Positions 12,637 to 25,825 of a stretch of DNA of 64,000 nt are shown here, piece after piece. The stretch spans positions 1,749,102 through 1,813,101 of the forward strand of contig CAJINV010000016.1 of assembly GCA_905178155.1 (NCBI GenBank), given 5' to 3'. Position 1 is the stretch's first letter; each line of letters opens with the position of its first letter. Source of the DNA: Amoebophrya sp. A120 (lineage: Eukaryota > Protista > Dinoflagellata). The notes beneath the pieces were generated by a model. The model was not told the DNA's origin, ran no database searches, and saw nothing but the letters and a program-made list of their open reading frames with translations. The position numbers and the translations under genes are program-made.

Positions 12637-13297
12637 CCATCCCCAGGACCTGGACCCGCGGACGCGGAGAGGACGAGGGCTTCGAAATCATATTAATTAA
12701 ATGCCACTTATTCATTTATCATGTATTCGCGGGCCGCGGCCTTCGTCATCATTACCATCGAGCAAGCGCGCTACGTGTTGTGCCACTAGTACTAGTGCCT
12801 GAAAAAAAATTACCCCGCCCCCGCCAGCCGGGGGGCCTAGCCATATTTTACGAAGATGATTTTCTTTGGCTTTTGGTTTCGGTTGTCGCGAATGCAACAC
12901 GTGAATTGTAGCCGAGGCCTTTACTCTAAAGCAACTGAGCGTAATCGAGAAAGAGAAACGCGCGCTCTGCTGGGGCGTGTCTCCGATGGCATCAAGGACG
13001 ATGTCTACAAAGAAGTTGTGATGAAGCAAAAGCAATCAAATGCAAAAGCAATCAAATCAACATAGTGAAGAGCCTCCGCATGATCAACCGCATTTATTAA
13101 CATTTCAAAGCGTTCCATGCTGCTTGGCACTACTGTCCTATTCTTGTCCTCGTTTTCTCAGCAAGTGCAAGAGCAAGTAGTGTACAATAAAAAAATAAGT
13201 CGCACTCTTGCAGGAGCTGATAATCATACATGATAGGCTTTCCTTCGCAATCCGTTGCTGCACTGTGTCCGGGATGATGGTAAACTAAGAAAGACTT

Positions 13298-14700
13298 TTA
13301 TGTCATAGGAGGTTCCATTTGGATTTTGGCTGTGTCCGCATTGATCCGCTGCAGAAATGCATCAGCATCCGGTACTTCCTCGTGGAAGTCGTGGTCCGGT
13401 CCACCGACCTCAGGCAAAGAATGTTGTTCGCCGGATGTCGCTTCCCGTTTCAGCAGGTCATCTTCTTGCCCCGTCGACGCGCTGCTGGGCGCAACTGCGC
13501 GTATCAAATGGAAAGGACCACTACAGCAACACCACCTCACGAGGAAGATTAAGTACGTTGTCGTGTTCTGTTGATAAAACGCAATGCTGACACGCACTGC
13601 GACGTTTTGCGACAGAAAGGATATGACTGTGATCATAAAACGACATTGAATTACTATTAATTTGCTCATCTGTCTCATCTTCAATATCCACATATCCACC
13701 CCGAAAACGTCGAAATACAGTACACCATGAGATTTCGAAAGCAACTACAATCAATGCCGGCATATTAAGAGTTCACATTTACTTAGTTTCCTCGGTGCGA
13801 CATGTAGTGGAAAAATCAGAGGAGCGAGTCCGTCTTTCTCCTTTGATAAAACCAGCGTTCCCGTCGTTGCTCGCCGGGCGGAAGCCGAGGAAACCCCCGG
13901 CTTCCGTAATTTTGAGAAGCCCCTCCTGGCGACGGTCTGCCGTGGTGTCGACCTGCGAATCCCCTCCCTGGTCAATCTGCTGGTGCTGAATCGTCTTCAC
14001 CGCGGCCACGCCGGCCGTTAGCGAGGACGCCGCGCCGGCGGCGAGGAACGTCGTGACGCCGCTTCGGATATCAAATGCGAATATGTCTGGGTCTGGAAAG
14101 TTATAGACTTCTCACGCAGCTTTTCCATGACCCATAAGGTCTGGAATGCGGCACTTAGCATGACAGACTCTGCGAGGCCGACGCCGAGGTCTCTTCCATG
14201 CCTATCCTGCATGAGAAACTCCTTTCCAACTTGGTGAAAAGTGTACAGCTTTTGGCACTCATGCCACACAGATTTTTGCATGCTTCAGATTTACCATGAC
14301 AAGTTGCAATCTTCCAGACCCAGACACTTTTACAATTCATACTTGATGGTCGACATGGTCGGTCTACTCGATCTGGACGAGCAGGCTGTGCAGGTGCGAG
14401 ACTTTTCGGCTCGACGTGCTGTCTGGAATGGATCTCTTGTTCTGACGAAAAAGCTACGGTTCTTGTGGCAGCTCGAATCTTCGTGTTTGTCGCAGCGAAC
14501 GTGCGTAAGTAAACACTTCACTTGTTTTCTTCCGCGTTGGCGTCAGAATCGCGAGTGTGGTTGGTCGCCAAAGTTGAGTTTGTTGCACACCTCTTCGCGC
14601 GTGATTTTTCAAATTGTTGCGAACTTCGTGTTGGTACGAGTGCTCCTGCTGAGTGATTTTGTTGTTCGATTTTTTGTTGTTGTTGTGAAAGTCCATAAAA
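13298..14700 (-). CDS. Hypothetical spliced protein (ends uncertain)
   Basis: Protein-like minus-strand segments flanking introner 14069-14341. Confidence 0.3.
14069..14341. mobile_element. Introner family A
   Basis: TATCAAATGCGAATATGTCTGGGTCTGGAA...TTCCAGACCCAGACACTTTTACAATTCATA; DR degenerate. Confidence 0.9.
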
Positions 14701-15816
14701 CGAGCTACCGTCCGTAGCTGAGAATGATATGGTGAGAAGAGGGTCAAAAGTCAAAGTTTTTCGTTTTTCGTTTACGTTTTTAAAGTTCTTCGTTGTTGAA
14801 AGTAGGGGATAGAAAGATCGGGTCACTTGAAATTGTTCGAAAGAAGAAAGACAAAGTCTGAGGGGGTCCTCGTCGTCGTCGTCCTGTGCAGAGTTTTCAT
14901 AATCGCGGTAGCATGATAGCCAAGAATACTTGAATGGATGAAGATGAAGAATACAGACGAGGAAATACGAGGTCGCAAAGCGACAAGACCAGTTAAAAGT
15001 CCAGCGAGGGCTGACATCAAAGTTGTAGAGGAGCCGATAGTTGTATCGTAGAGGTATTTTGACCTTCGCACGACCTCGAGAAACGATAACGAACCGACGG
15101 CGTCTTACTACGCAGCTGCACGACCAGTAATGTAGTTTGAACGACAAAATATTTTCGTACTACGAAGAACCGAATTTTTACCTACGCCGTCTTTCTCAAG
15201 CAGCAGAACCGAAACCGAACATACTAACTATTCGCTGAAATATGAGACGAACGAAGAGTGCGGGAGACCGATATATAATTCTTTGTCTTCTTCTCTGCTT
15301 TGGCGTCGACCGAGAAGGACCAGGACGAGGTTCTTGTTATGAGCAACACAGAGAAGGCGAATACATCTTCCGGTTCCGACAAAGAACACCGAGGGACATA
15401 ACATTGCGCTTCAAACCGGTGAGAGATTCATTTAGACGATCAATAAACCGAAATGAAAAAAAGGTCAAGGCAGCTGTACAAAAAATATAGACGAAAGTGC
15501 TCTGCCAAGTTCTTGGCATGTTTCCAATAAAGAACCATTCCACCGCGCCGCGGCTTCTATTTTGCAAAGGCAGTTCTTCTTCTTCCGCGTCGATCCAGTT
15601 CTGCGTGAATCAACTTTTTTATACAGCAAATTAGATTGATTCGGATTTTTTTTGATTGCTATTGCAGTTTCATCTGTATGCTTCAGGTCCTCGCGGCAAA
15701 GGGCAAGCCGCGGCCCCGGAAGCGTCGAATGTTCAAGTTCACGAACAGCCGTCCCTCAGGCGAACGTTCAGGTACGGGCTCTTGTCATACTCCTCAGCCG
15801 TCAAATCGTCCAAGGG

Positions 15817-16060
15817 TGTGCAATGCAAAAATGTCTGGCTCTGGAGATCTGGTAATTTGCCAGACTGAGCAGGTCAACCTCGTGCTGCAAACGATGGACT
15901 ACACATCAAGTCCAACTGCAGCAGCCGAGCTGCATCTTCTCGAATTTTGAGATGAATGCGTCGTCGTGCGCAGGGGCAGGCGCACGACGACGACCACCAA
16001 GTGCGTTCTTGCTGTAAGAGAGTCAGAGACACACGCTCTGTCCAGACCCAGACTACATAT
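15817..16060. mobile_element. Decayed introner family A
   Basis: TGCAAAAATGTCTGGCTCTGGA...TCCAGACCCAGAC; termini and DR lost. Confidence 0.6.
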
Positions 16061-16436
16061 TGGTGCTTTTCTCATACACGACTTGGCGTCGCAGCTCGGA
16101 GCTGGCTGCAGCTCCATCGGGTAATGTCTTGCCTTCTTTGATTCCTGGGGCGCCCCAAGTGCGCGCTGAATGGTATCGAATGTGAAAACAACGATGAAGG
16201 AGCTGCACGATGTTGACGAACTACTCTCGACGTCGTGATGGAGCAGTCACAGACACACAGACAGGAGCAGTACATCACAGACAGGAGCAGGTAGACTCGC
16301 CCTAATTGAAAAATAGGTCGTGCTTCATGTCTTCTCTGACGACTTCCGTGACATACTCGTGTTTCAAAGACGGATAAAAGAGGAGACGTCATCAACATGC
16401 GCGTCCTTCACGCGGCGGGAGAGGCTACTGTGGTCT

Positions 16437-17153
16437 TCACATGGGATAGATCAATACTGCTTGCCAATTAGAGCTATTGTGGTTGAACAAAGCCCCGTCA
16501 GTAGAGGGAGACGCTTCTTCTCCGCCCTTTGTAGGAAAAGTCTTGGTCTCAACACGGTTTGCAGATGCGGCCGGGGTAGTTGTCCTCTTATTTTCCAAGA
16601 CAAAGGTAAACACGGCAACGTCCTCCTCCTCGCTGTCGCCGTATTTGAAATGCTGAAACATGCGGATTTGGCAGCAACACGCGGAAGAGAAGCCTGTGCC
16701 CGAACCTAAAAACCGCACGTTCTCCAACGCGAGAATTTTCTGCGGGGCGAGCCAGGTCAAGAACGTCTTGCACATTTCCTCGCGGCTGGCACCCCCCGTC
16801 GTTGCGGAGTTGCCCATGTACTGTCCTGTCGGCTTGATCATCAAACAATCCGGGCTGACAAAATCGCCGTAGTTTTCCGGACAGATGGACAAGTGCGCTT
16901 CCAGCTCGCGAAAATACCGCCGGACGCTGTTGACCTCTGAGAGGGAAGGCGAGGGAGGTTGCTCTCGTGGTCCCGGGGTAGCTGCACTGGTTTCATCGGA
17001 ACGAATTCTGGGCAGCCTTTCATCTGGACCCTCCTGGTGGAGGAGCAATTTGCAGTTCTTTGTATCTGAGCCTGTGCCCAAAAAACCCCAATATTGGTCT
17101 GATGCAAGACGTGCAGTGGTATCATCTTCTGCACCGCCTGGGTCCTCTTCCAT
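16437..17153 (-). CDS. NTF2/SnoaL-like protein resembling DUF3804
   Basis: CLMIKPTG...FQHFKYGDSEEEDVAVFTFVLE...WQAV pattern; family recalled from memory, not searched. Confidence 0.5.
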   Translation of the reverse strand: MEEDPGGAEDDTTARLASDQYWGFLGTGSDTKNCKLLLHQEGPDERLPRIRSDETSAATPGPREQPPSPSLSEVNSVRRYFRELEAHLSICPENYGDFVSPDCLMIKPTGQYMGNSATTGGASREEMCKTFLTWLAPQKILALENVRFLGSGTGFSSACCCQIRMFQHFKYGDSEEEDVAVFTFVLENKRTTTPAASANRVETKTFPTKGGEEASPSTDGALFNHNSSNWQAVLIYPM

Positions 17154-18476
17154 CTTGATTTTGGGAGCGGCAGTGTGGACGTTGGCTTGCTGGTAAGGAA
17201 TAGGAAAACAAAGCACTTACTACTTTTAGAACTGGATAGGACTGATGGAAAGCAGTAGTACTGAATAAAGCCGGCACTACTTGAAGAAGTGCAAGCTATT
17301 TGATAAAGACCTCGCGCTTGTTCTGTTCTCCTGGTATTTCCACCGAAGAGACATTTTTACAAGTGGGCTGCGGCAGTTGTAAGTCGATTCAACATGAGCA
17401 CGCCGGGGAACAACACCGTCCACCACCAGAAACACTACTTTATTTCTAATTATGTGATCTCCTAGTACACAAATCGAAAGCAAACGAAAACGCCGGTGGG
17501 CCGCGCCCCGACCGAATCATTGTAGCAGCCCGCTTCCCGGCGACAGAACAGAGCGTCCTTACGACCGGACTCGGCAGCCAGCCAGGAAGAATTGACGGCG
17601 GTACAACTGCGTTGCTTTCCACCTGCTTTTGCTTGTATTTTTTCACTGCTCACCAGTTGATCATCAATTGCCTTTATTAGTTTCACCCGCACCGCAGAAG
17701 TCGTCAACCTTCATTTCGCTTTTTGATTTACAATATCGTCTTGTCGCTGAGCCTTCCACAAGGAAAAGCGTCAGCTCAACGTGGTGATCCAGTGACTTTT
17801 CCTAAAACTTGGTTTTGCACCAAAAATAGGACTAGCTAAACTGTTCATACGACACGGGAGACTGAAGATACGTCTAAAGAATAAAGGTGAGCTTCTTCAT
17901 CGGAATGATTGATCTGTCTAAAGTGCTTAATATTCTCACGACCTCATCAAGGTTTTATTTTGTTTGATGGGGGAAACAAAAGCTGAGCCATGCCAAAGCT
18001 CATCGTGTTCACATATTGTTCACACAGCTACTTGCTTCAATAGCTCTTTAGAAATTCATACTGTACACTGTTTTACGTCTTTATCGTTTCACTTCTTGCT
18101 AGTTTTGTGGAATTCTCGAAGTCAATAACAATAATGTAATGGAACTAGGAAAACAGGTCCAGTAAAGCTGCAGCATTCTTGTACAGAAACCACTGCTACA
18201 CTAAGCTGTTTCGTCGTTCCAAAGCGTCGTAGTTCGTCTCAATTGTTGACTACGGCATTTGCATTATGAAGAGGAGAGTAGTACTACTAGTAGATCCTGT
18301 CTACTTAATTTTCGGGGCACAAGCGGTTGCTCTTGCTCGTCGTCCCTCTATCGCTACTTCAGTTCCAGCTCGACCAGGTTACAAATCTCATCAGCAGGTG
18401 AAGTAATCGTAGTTCTACCGTAAAAACCGTAGTACGTACGCGTACCTGATCAAATTCATCAAATTAATAGAACAGC

Positions 18477-21400
18477 TTAAAACAGAACCACGACGCCAAA
18501 CAGCAGTGAAAATAGAACTCCCATCATTTTCACCGGGCCTAACATCAGCGAGGGAGACGCAGCTGTTCCCATTCTGCCCACCGCCGAGCTGGTCGTGCTG
18601 GTTGACAGTAGCTGCGCTCCGGAAGTAGATGAACCATTTTCGTTGTAATTCTGAGCTGCGCCGGCCATGGAGGCGCGGACGTAATCGTTGCTGGCAGGAC
18701 TTCTAGACGAGCCGGCGCTTGTACTGCTTGCCGTCGCAGCACTAGAAGAAGATTGATACACAACCGGTACAGTCGGGCTCATTTGCGGCGTGGTTGTGAG
18801 TTGCAGTGTGGCTGTAGTAGGAGAGCCTGCTGCGCCTGTTTTAGGATTACTACCGCCGCCACTCGCTTCCGTCAAACAGCTGTTACAGCTCAATTGAAAA
18901 GCCGGCGCCGTCTATGCATTGGAAACATGTTAAGTATTTGGGTCCTCTGGAAAGGTGCAAGTACATAGCTTGTGAGTGTGATAGCGATTCTCTTTCTCTC
19001 TGTCAGTCACATAAAAAAAAATAAGTAATCTGTCACTGCATGCATGCACGAGTAGAAAAAGGTGTCCTTTCGTGGCCACACTGAGTAGAGAGGATTTCTC
19101 ATCCTACAGAGTGGGCATTGCAAAACTCTCACCATAAAAGCTGTGAAGATGCTACGATCCGCATTCCAGAGTAGCACCTTCTGCCTGGCCTTTCTGGGCG
19201 GTCATGCAAAACCTGCATGACAAACATCTGTAAATTTTCCAGCCCCAAAAGCTACATCTTTGCACTCGCATACCGTCTCCGGTTGCGCGATCTTTTCTCG
19301 CAGCTGCTGCTCCTGCACAAAATCGGCCGCGGCAATCTCGTAATCGATCTTGATCCGGCCAGTGGACGAACTGCTCCCCGCAAGCAAACGAAGCACTAAT
19401 CGATTTTTCTCCAACACGGCCACCTCTTGCAAATTCACCTGCTGTTGCTCCACATCAAGCGTCCCCGCCAAGGCCTCCAGGACGCTCGCGCCGAAAATTT
19501 CCTGCGCCTGCGCATCGCTTTCCATATGGCGCTCTCAACTGTTACATTCTCAACTGCTATATGAATTTGTGATGCAAGAATGGAAAAAGTGAAAGGGGTG
19601 ACCTTGCACGTCTCGCATGACAGATTTGCAACAGATTCTCAGCCTGTTTGGCTCTTTTAGAATTTGTCATGCGAAGCAGCTTCATCATCATCATCATGTA
19701 GTGGACACCCGCTCCCGGCGCCACAGGTCAAGGATCCCCTCCCCGGGGGGTGGGCGAGGAAGCACTTTCGGCGACCTCATCATACAAAAGCCGAGCACTA
19801 CCACGGCAAGTCGCCCCAAGAAAAGTGCCAACCAGTCGGGAGCTACCCACCACACCTGATCGGTACAGCCCGGCCAGCAAGCCGAGCGCGACAGCCCTAC
19901 ATACAGAATGATCCAGGACCCGACCCATTTTACGCCCTACGTTTTTGTTCTCACGGAAGAGACGACGTACCCCTTTGGGTGCAGGGGCGAGACTCTCCCC
20001 TAAGCCGCAGCCCCGCCCAGACAGGGGAGGCTGGACCGTTTGCGCCTTACCTTCGGCACGGACGAAAAAGGCAAGCGAGCGGGCCACAGATGTCAAACCA
20101 TAGACCAGTTGTTTGGCACTGCTGACTGGCAACCCACCTGGGGCGCAGCGACAACTTAAAGGCTTAATTTTCGATTCTGCTTGATCGCGTCGATTCTGCT
20201 TGTAATTTTGCATGACAAACCATGTAACAGTTCAGGATGTAACATTTGAGAACGCCATATTCCAACAGCCCGACATTGGACACGGTAGTTTCCATGGTCC
20301 CCTGGATGCCCGTCTGCGCGCACTGACAGTTCGCCAGCATCTCCTGTTTCTTTTCCTCTTTGAACTGCCGCTTTTCCTCGTCCGACAGGGCTGCAAACGC
20401 GGCTTTTTCCGCCTCTTTCTCCGCCTTTTTCGCCTCGTGTTGTTGCTTTTTTGCCTTCATCTTCTCGAACTTTTCCAACTCCTCCGGAGTCAGTTCGCCG
20501 CTGTTCGCCTTCCGCTCCATATCGGTGAAAAATTTCTCGCGCTCCGCCTCCATCTCGGCCTTTTTCGCTTCCATCTCCGCCTTTTTCGCTTCCATCCCTT
20601 GCTTCTTCTCCTTCATGCGGTCAAATTTCGCCTGTTCCTCGGCCGTCAGCGCGCCGGCGTTGGCTTTTTCCTCCCATTCGGCAAACAGGGCCGCCTTGTC
20701 GGGCTGAGAAGAGCATAGTCGAGATGGAGTTGGATACGTTTACGTGAAGATCATGGGAAAAAACTAACTTTTTTCAACATCTTCCGAGTAAGATTTTTAT
20801 TTAGACAGGAGCAGAAGAAAGTTGCGCTAAACTACACACCAGGAGCAGAAGAAAGTTCCGAGGTGGGCGCACAACCACACACCCAGAGACGCTACGATGT
20901 ATCTACTTTATCCAACGGCGAAAAGTGACCCACGCCCGGCCGCATAGTCGTCAAGGGCTGACAACCCAGGATGGGCCGAAGGTAGTGGCGATATCTATGA
21001 TACATATGATGGTGGCGCAGAATGATGATGGACAGGCGAGAGTTTGACACGGGGCGCAGTTATCCTCTATGCGGGTGGTGGGGCCACTACCACGGGGTGA
21101 GAAGCTATCCTGGAGGCGCGCTCAAGTCGCGAAGCAGCGTAGCAGTAGTGTGCACTTCTAAGCTCCTCGACGAAAAAATAAAAAGTAAAATGTCGGCGTC
21201 ACAACAAGTTCGTAAGAAATCGTTTTCAACTAGCGTAAGACAGGCTCACACAGCACTGCAGCGTAGGAAAAGACCAAGAAGTGGACAACAGCGAAAAAGT
21301 TCAAAAAAGTGAAAATAAAAAAAACAAAACCTTCCTTTTCGACTATATACAGCAAGACTTTAACTTGAAGCTTTCTCTTCACAAGGCCAGCTTTTTACAG

Positions 21401-22845
21401 CGACCGCTTATTTTCTCCTCACAGTTTCTCGAAGCAAGTTCTACTAGTGCTCTTTCCTTTTTCGTGGCTGACCATGCCAAGGACGTCCAAAACAAAAAAC
21501 TTTCTCAGGGTAACTTTTTTAGCAACACAACTTTCGAACCTTTTCACTTTTACAGCAAGTTAGTGGTCGACAACAAAGACTTCACTTCCAGGGCCAAACT
21601 TTCACCTTCACACCTTTGTCTTTACTTCTTTTACAGCAATTTATACAGACTTAAGCTCTAGCTCCTTGCAGCAGTTCGTTTTTCTAAGGCAGAGGCCAAA
21701 GTAGCTCTGCCAAGTTGTCCTTTTTCTTGAAATAGCGCTAACCATGTGAGAGGAAATACCAACTTCCAAACGGTTCCACATGACCTTCAACAACAAACAA
21801 ACAAACAAAGTTGCGCTAAACACCCACGGTACTAGTACGTGTATGGTCCTCAGGCGCACCTGGTCGAAGAAGAAGGACACATATTAATAAAACACGGAAA
21901 GTACCTTTCCCGCTCCGGCAGCGCTTCCCGTGGAAGTTCCCCCTGCGGCTTCCTTGCTGCTCTTCTGCTTCTTTTTTGCCTTCATAGCCGCAAATGGGTC
22001 GGCCGAAATTATATCATTCCCGGCCATTTTGCACGCTCGCACACACTTCTTCTCGTCTTTACCCCCGCCTTTGCCGTTGCCTCTAGTGGAACTCCGACCA
22101 GTTCTTGCTGTGCCGGTCGTCTCTGGTGGCGCACCATTGCGCGCTTATCAAAGTGAAAAATCCCCCCACCCCATACTCAAACTAGAAATTTGTGATGCAG
22201 ATTTGTGGTCACAAATCAGCTTTGTCATGCTAGAAGGGAAAAGATGCGGACTGTAGTGCTTGCTGGCGTGGGAAAGCCTTGCATCTTCAGCATGACAGGG
22301 GGCAGCTGGAAGTGGGAAACAGCATGACAAATTGCCTGCAAACGAGGCCACAGCTGCGTCTCTTGGCCTTCTAGCATTGCAAGTCGATTTGTGTACTCAA
22401 ATACAGCATCACAAATTTCGTTTTCGATATGGGGAGGGGGGATTTTTCCTTTTGATAGCGCTGCTGCATCAGAGGTGCGCACAGCAGAAGCCGCGTTCGG
22501 GTTACCACTATCTCGAGCAGACGTGCGAGGAGAGCCCGTGCCCGCGCCGCTTCTGTCAGTGCGACCACCGCTTCTGGCACGACCACGGTCACCTTGGCCG
22601 TCGGAGGCTGTACCAGCCTCAGTTCCAGCATCGTTTGACGGACCCGTACCACGAGACGAGTTGGATCCTCGTTGGCCGCGACCGCGACCGCGACCGCCAC
22701 GACCGCCTCTCCTCCCTCGGCCACTACCCGAGCCGCCACCCGCAAGGACTTGTACAACTTGTAGGGGGTACAAACTGGTCGTGAGGGAAGAACCCGCGAC
22801 AAAAAGTAAGGCGAGAAGACGGGAAAAACTCGCCGAAGGCATCAT
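18477..22845 (-). CDS. Probable secreted/GPI-anchored surface protein (multi-exon, tentative single gene)
   Basis: N-terminal signal-like MMPSASFSRLLALLFVAGS, RGG tract, E/K coiled coil, S/T-rich stalk, hydrophobic C-terminus. Three introners plus a probable GT-AG intron ending CTCTTCTCAG at 20704. Confidence 0.5.
18913..19272. mobile_element. Degenerate introner family A
   Basis: TAT...ATA ends, perfect DR CCGTC, eroded TIR core. Confidence 0.8.
19525..20259. mobile_element. Introner family G with nested retroelement
   Basis: TATGGCGCTCTCAA...TTGAGAACGCCATA, DR TTCCA; removal gives VGLLESDAQ. Confidence 0.9.
19683..20170 (-). mobile_element. (ATG)n-tailed retroelement, copy 3 (longest, about 490 bp)
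   Basis: Same tail end as 874 and 2010; GC-rich; absent from family G copy at 37450; far end approximate. Confidence 0.75.
22146..22457. mobile_element. Introner family E
   Basis: GAAAAATCCCCC...GGGGGATTTTTC TIR, DR GCGCT. Confidence 0.9.
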
Positions 22846-23837
22846 CTTTTCTTTGCGGCTGGATAATGTTGCTCAAAGAACGGGTAAGTAAAAATATCGA
22901 TTCGAAACTTCGAATTACCCACAAGTATTATCTAGCGCGTCAAAGGCTTTTGTGCTCGGCGAAGTGTTTTTGTGGATGATGTTGTGAGCAAAAAAATGGT
23001 GCCTTTATATCAAATTCGAAAAATACACCGTAACAGACGTCCAATCAACGGGAATGGTGCTAGTGCTACAATATGAATATTTTCTCACAATCAAGAAGTG
23101 CTAGACCGATAAAAAGACGCTTGCTTGTTCAGCAAGTTTATTCCAAGACAAAGAAGAGACTAGACTAGCAACTAAACCGAAATCCGATTTGGGCAGTTCT
23201 TTGTTGGCTTGGGTTATAACTTCCAGGGCAACAACCAAATCCTGTTTTGCAAAAGGAGATAAGAAAATTTCCAGACCAAACCAGTGACCACAGATGCTTG
23301 CCGCATCATGGAGATCGTCTACTTGATGAATTCGCCTCAGCCGGGCTGTCCTCATGGCTGCAGTTCTTCTGACCACATATCTAATCATGTACCTGTAGTA
23401 CCAAAGTGTGGCCGATTCTATCGATTATTTTTCAGCTCACAAACTCATCACGATGGGTGCGTTTCATTTCTTTATTCGTCTCGTGCCTTCATCAAGAAAA
23501 ATGCCCAGCTACCGGTACCGAATGGATGGTTTTGCATATCGTAGGAACACAAATACACCTACTCTACGTGAATGTCTTCAGTAGCTGACCTTCTGCATTT
23601 GGTACCACGCCGACATGGCACAACGAACTACCACGGACTATTCATTTTTGCTACTACACTCCCTAATCTAGTTGTAGTTCCAGATACAAAAAACATGAGG
23701 AATCGTATCGCTGTTCTTTTTATTTCTTAAGTAACCTCTCGTCTTCTTCTTCCTTTGAGCCGAGCAACGGCCCCCACAAGAAGATTGATGCGAAGAATAT
23801 CGGTGCTGTTGCGCTTGTGGCTGCCGCGGCCGCTCCA

Positions 23838-25825
23838 TCATTTCCCGCCCCCAGATTTTGCATCGCTACCGTTCGAAGTTTTTTTCTTCGCCTCGATCTG
23901 ATCGAACGCCGATATCAAATCTTTCTGGTCCTCCGTCAAATTTTCCGGTAATTGCAAGTGGAAGTGCAGCACCAAATTTCCCCGGGAGTCAGCGTTGCTG
24001 TTGCTCATTCCGCCACTGTTCATCATTCCGCTCAGCCTCGTTGGGCCCTTCCCGCGGAGAATCCTGGTGGAATTTGGGTCTTGTAATGCCGGTAAAGTCA
24101 AATTCACCTCCCCCTCATCTAGCGTCGGGATCTTGGTCACGCCGCCTAGCAGCATCTGCTTCAGCGAAATGCCCACGTCCGCGTGCACGTCGTCGTCGAC
24201 GTGTCGGAAAATGTTGTGTTTCTCCACATTGACTACGACAAACAAGTGCCCCCGCGGCCCGCCCCGCTTCCCCGCGTGCCCCTGGCCGCAGAGCCGGAGC
24301 TCCATACCGGGCTTGATTCCCGGCGGAATGTCGATTTCCACGCTGGTCTTCCGGGACTGAACCCCCTCGCCAAAGCAGGTTCGGCATGCTTTTTCCAGAA
24401 TTTCGCCCACGCCGCCGCACTTCGCGCAGGGGAGGCCCATCGACATGATGCCCCTTTCGACCCGGCGCACCCCGGTGCCGTTGCACAAATTGCACTTCAC
24501 CCAGCCCGCGCCCTCCGCCGCGCCGGAGGCCCCGCAGTCGTTGCAGGGGAGCTGTAGCTTGATCGTGGTGGTCCGCCGGGAGCCCTTCATCGCTTCCACG
24601 AAGGGGATATGAGAGTGCACAACTCTCCCTCCCCCTCATTTGTATGGCGTGAACAGCAATGCAAGCACCAGCACACGTGGAGCCTAGGCATGACACATTT
24701 AATATGCGCCTAATCTTAGTACTGTTTGGGCCGCTTCCGGAATTTGTCATGCAAACAGTGCCACAGGACAGCGACTGGATATGGATTTGGGGTTTTGCAT
24801 GACAAAGGAAGGGGAGGGGGAGTTGTGCACTTCATAGGGGATGGAAAGCTCGATCGACGCGTCGTCCCCCCGCGATTGCATCGGCCCGGACGTTATCCAG
24901 TGCAAATATGTCTGGGTCTGAAAACTTGTGATGCAAGGAAGGGAATGGGGAGCGCACTGTAATGCGCTGCTAAGCATGACAGACAAGTTTTCCCATGGTT
25001 CTGAGTTGCGTACTCCGCAAGAGAAACTGCGTTTTTGCATGACAGGCAAGAGGAGTTCTTTGCGGCCACGCAATACAGATTTCAGAGTCACGTCAGGCTA
25101 GCAGAACAAATCTCGCATCCGTCCAGACCCAGACATATTTGCATTTGATACACGTTCGGGAAGCGGAGTTTCCGCGGTGCATGCGGCTGGCCATTTTCCC
25201 GAAAATATTGGAAAATTCGGAGTACATCTGACTGGGGTCCTGCCAATCGGAATCCGGATCGGCATGGTGATGTTGAGCCGAGGATATGGAGAGAAAAAAG
25301 TTTGTCACAGTCACTAACTTGCTGGCTCTGCATTACAATTTTTTTTTGGCATCACAGCTTCTCGTTGTATTGCAGAAACACTAGGAAAAACCCCTATGAA
25401 GTTGGTCTGTGATGCATTTTTACGCATGACAGAGAAAATTTTGCATTGCAAGCATGCGCATGAGTGATCGTGACGAACTTTTTTTGTTTGATAGAGGAAC
25501 TTGAAGCACTACTAGTACCACCACTGCTCCCACTCGCAAAGGAGGAGGAACTAGTACTGCCCATCGCCGCGTCGAGTTGTCTCCGCTTCCTTGGGTCGGT
25601 CAAAACCGAGTAGGCGTCGGTGATCTTCGCCATTCGCGCAGCGGAGTTCGGGTCGTTTTTGTTCAAATCCGGGTGGTTTTGCTTGGCGAGCTCTCTGTAT
25701 CTGGCTTTCACCTCGGCAGCCGAGGCGGTTCGCTGGAGGCCCAGGAGCTTGTAGGGGTCGAGGGTTTGCTGGGCATGCGCCGCAGAGGAACTACTGCCTC
25801 CGCCGGTGGAAAAAAATCTTCGCAT
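23838..25825 (-). CDS. dnaJ: Type I DnaJ/Hsp40 chaperone, probably mitochondrial (4 exons)
   Basis: J-domain with HPD, four CxxCxGxG motifs, C-terminal domain, MRRFFST N-terminus; removing 24608-24836 restores IELSIPFVEAMKG. Confidence 0.92.
24608..24836. mobile_element. Introner family C
   Basis: TIRs, DR GGGGA. Confidence 0.92.
24894..25150. mobile_element. Introner family A
   Basis: TIRs, DR GACGT/CACGT. Confidence 0.9.
25285..25493. mobile_element. Introner family H
   Basis: AAAAAGTTTGTCACAGTCACT...AGTGATCGTGACGAACTTTTT, DR GAGGA. Confidence 0.9.

Noticed and set aside
19728-20213. ORF within the nested retroelement as RT or transposase
   Set aside because: No recognisable RT, endonuclease or DDE motifs, and it begins in host introner sequence.
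20850-21150. GC-rich patch as another copy of the (ATG)n retroelement
   Set aside because: Only a short CACTACCACGG match; no alignable body.
24608-24836. Tc1/mariner-type TA target duplication
   Set aside because: Leaving a single TA breaks the DnaJ frame. TA belongs to the element ends and the true duplication is 5 bp (GGGGA).
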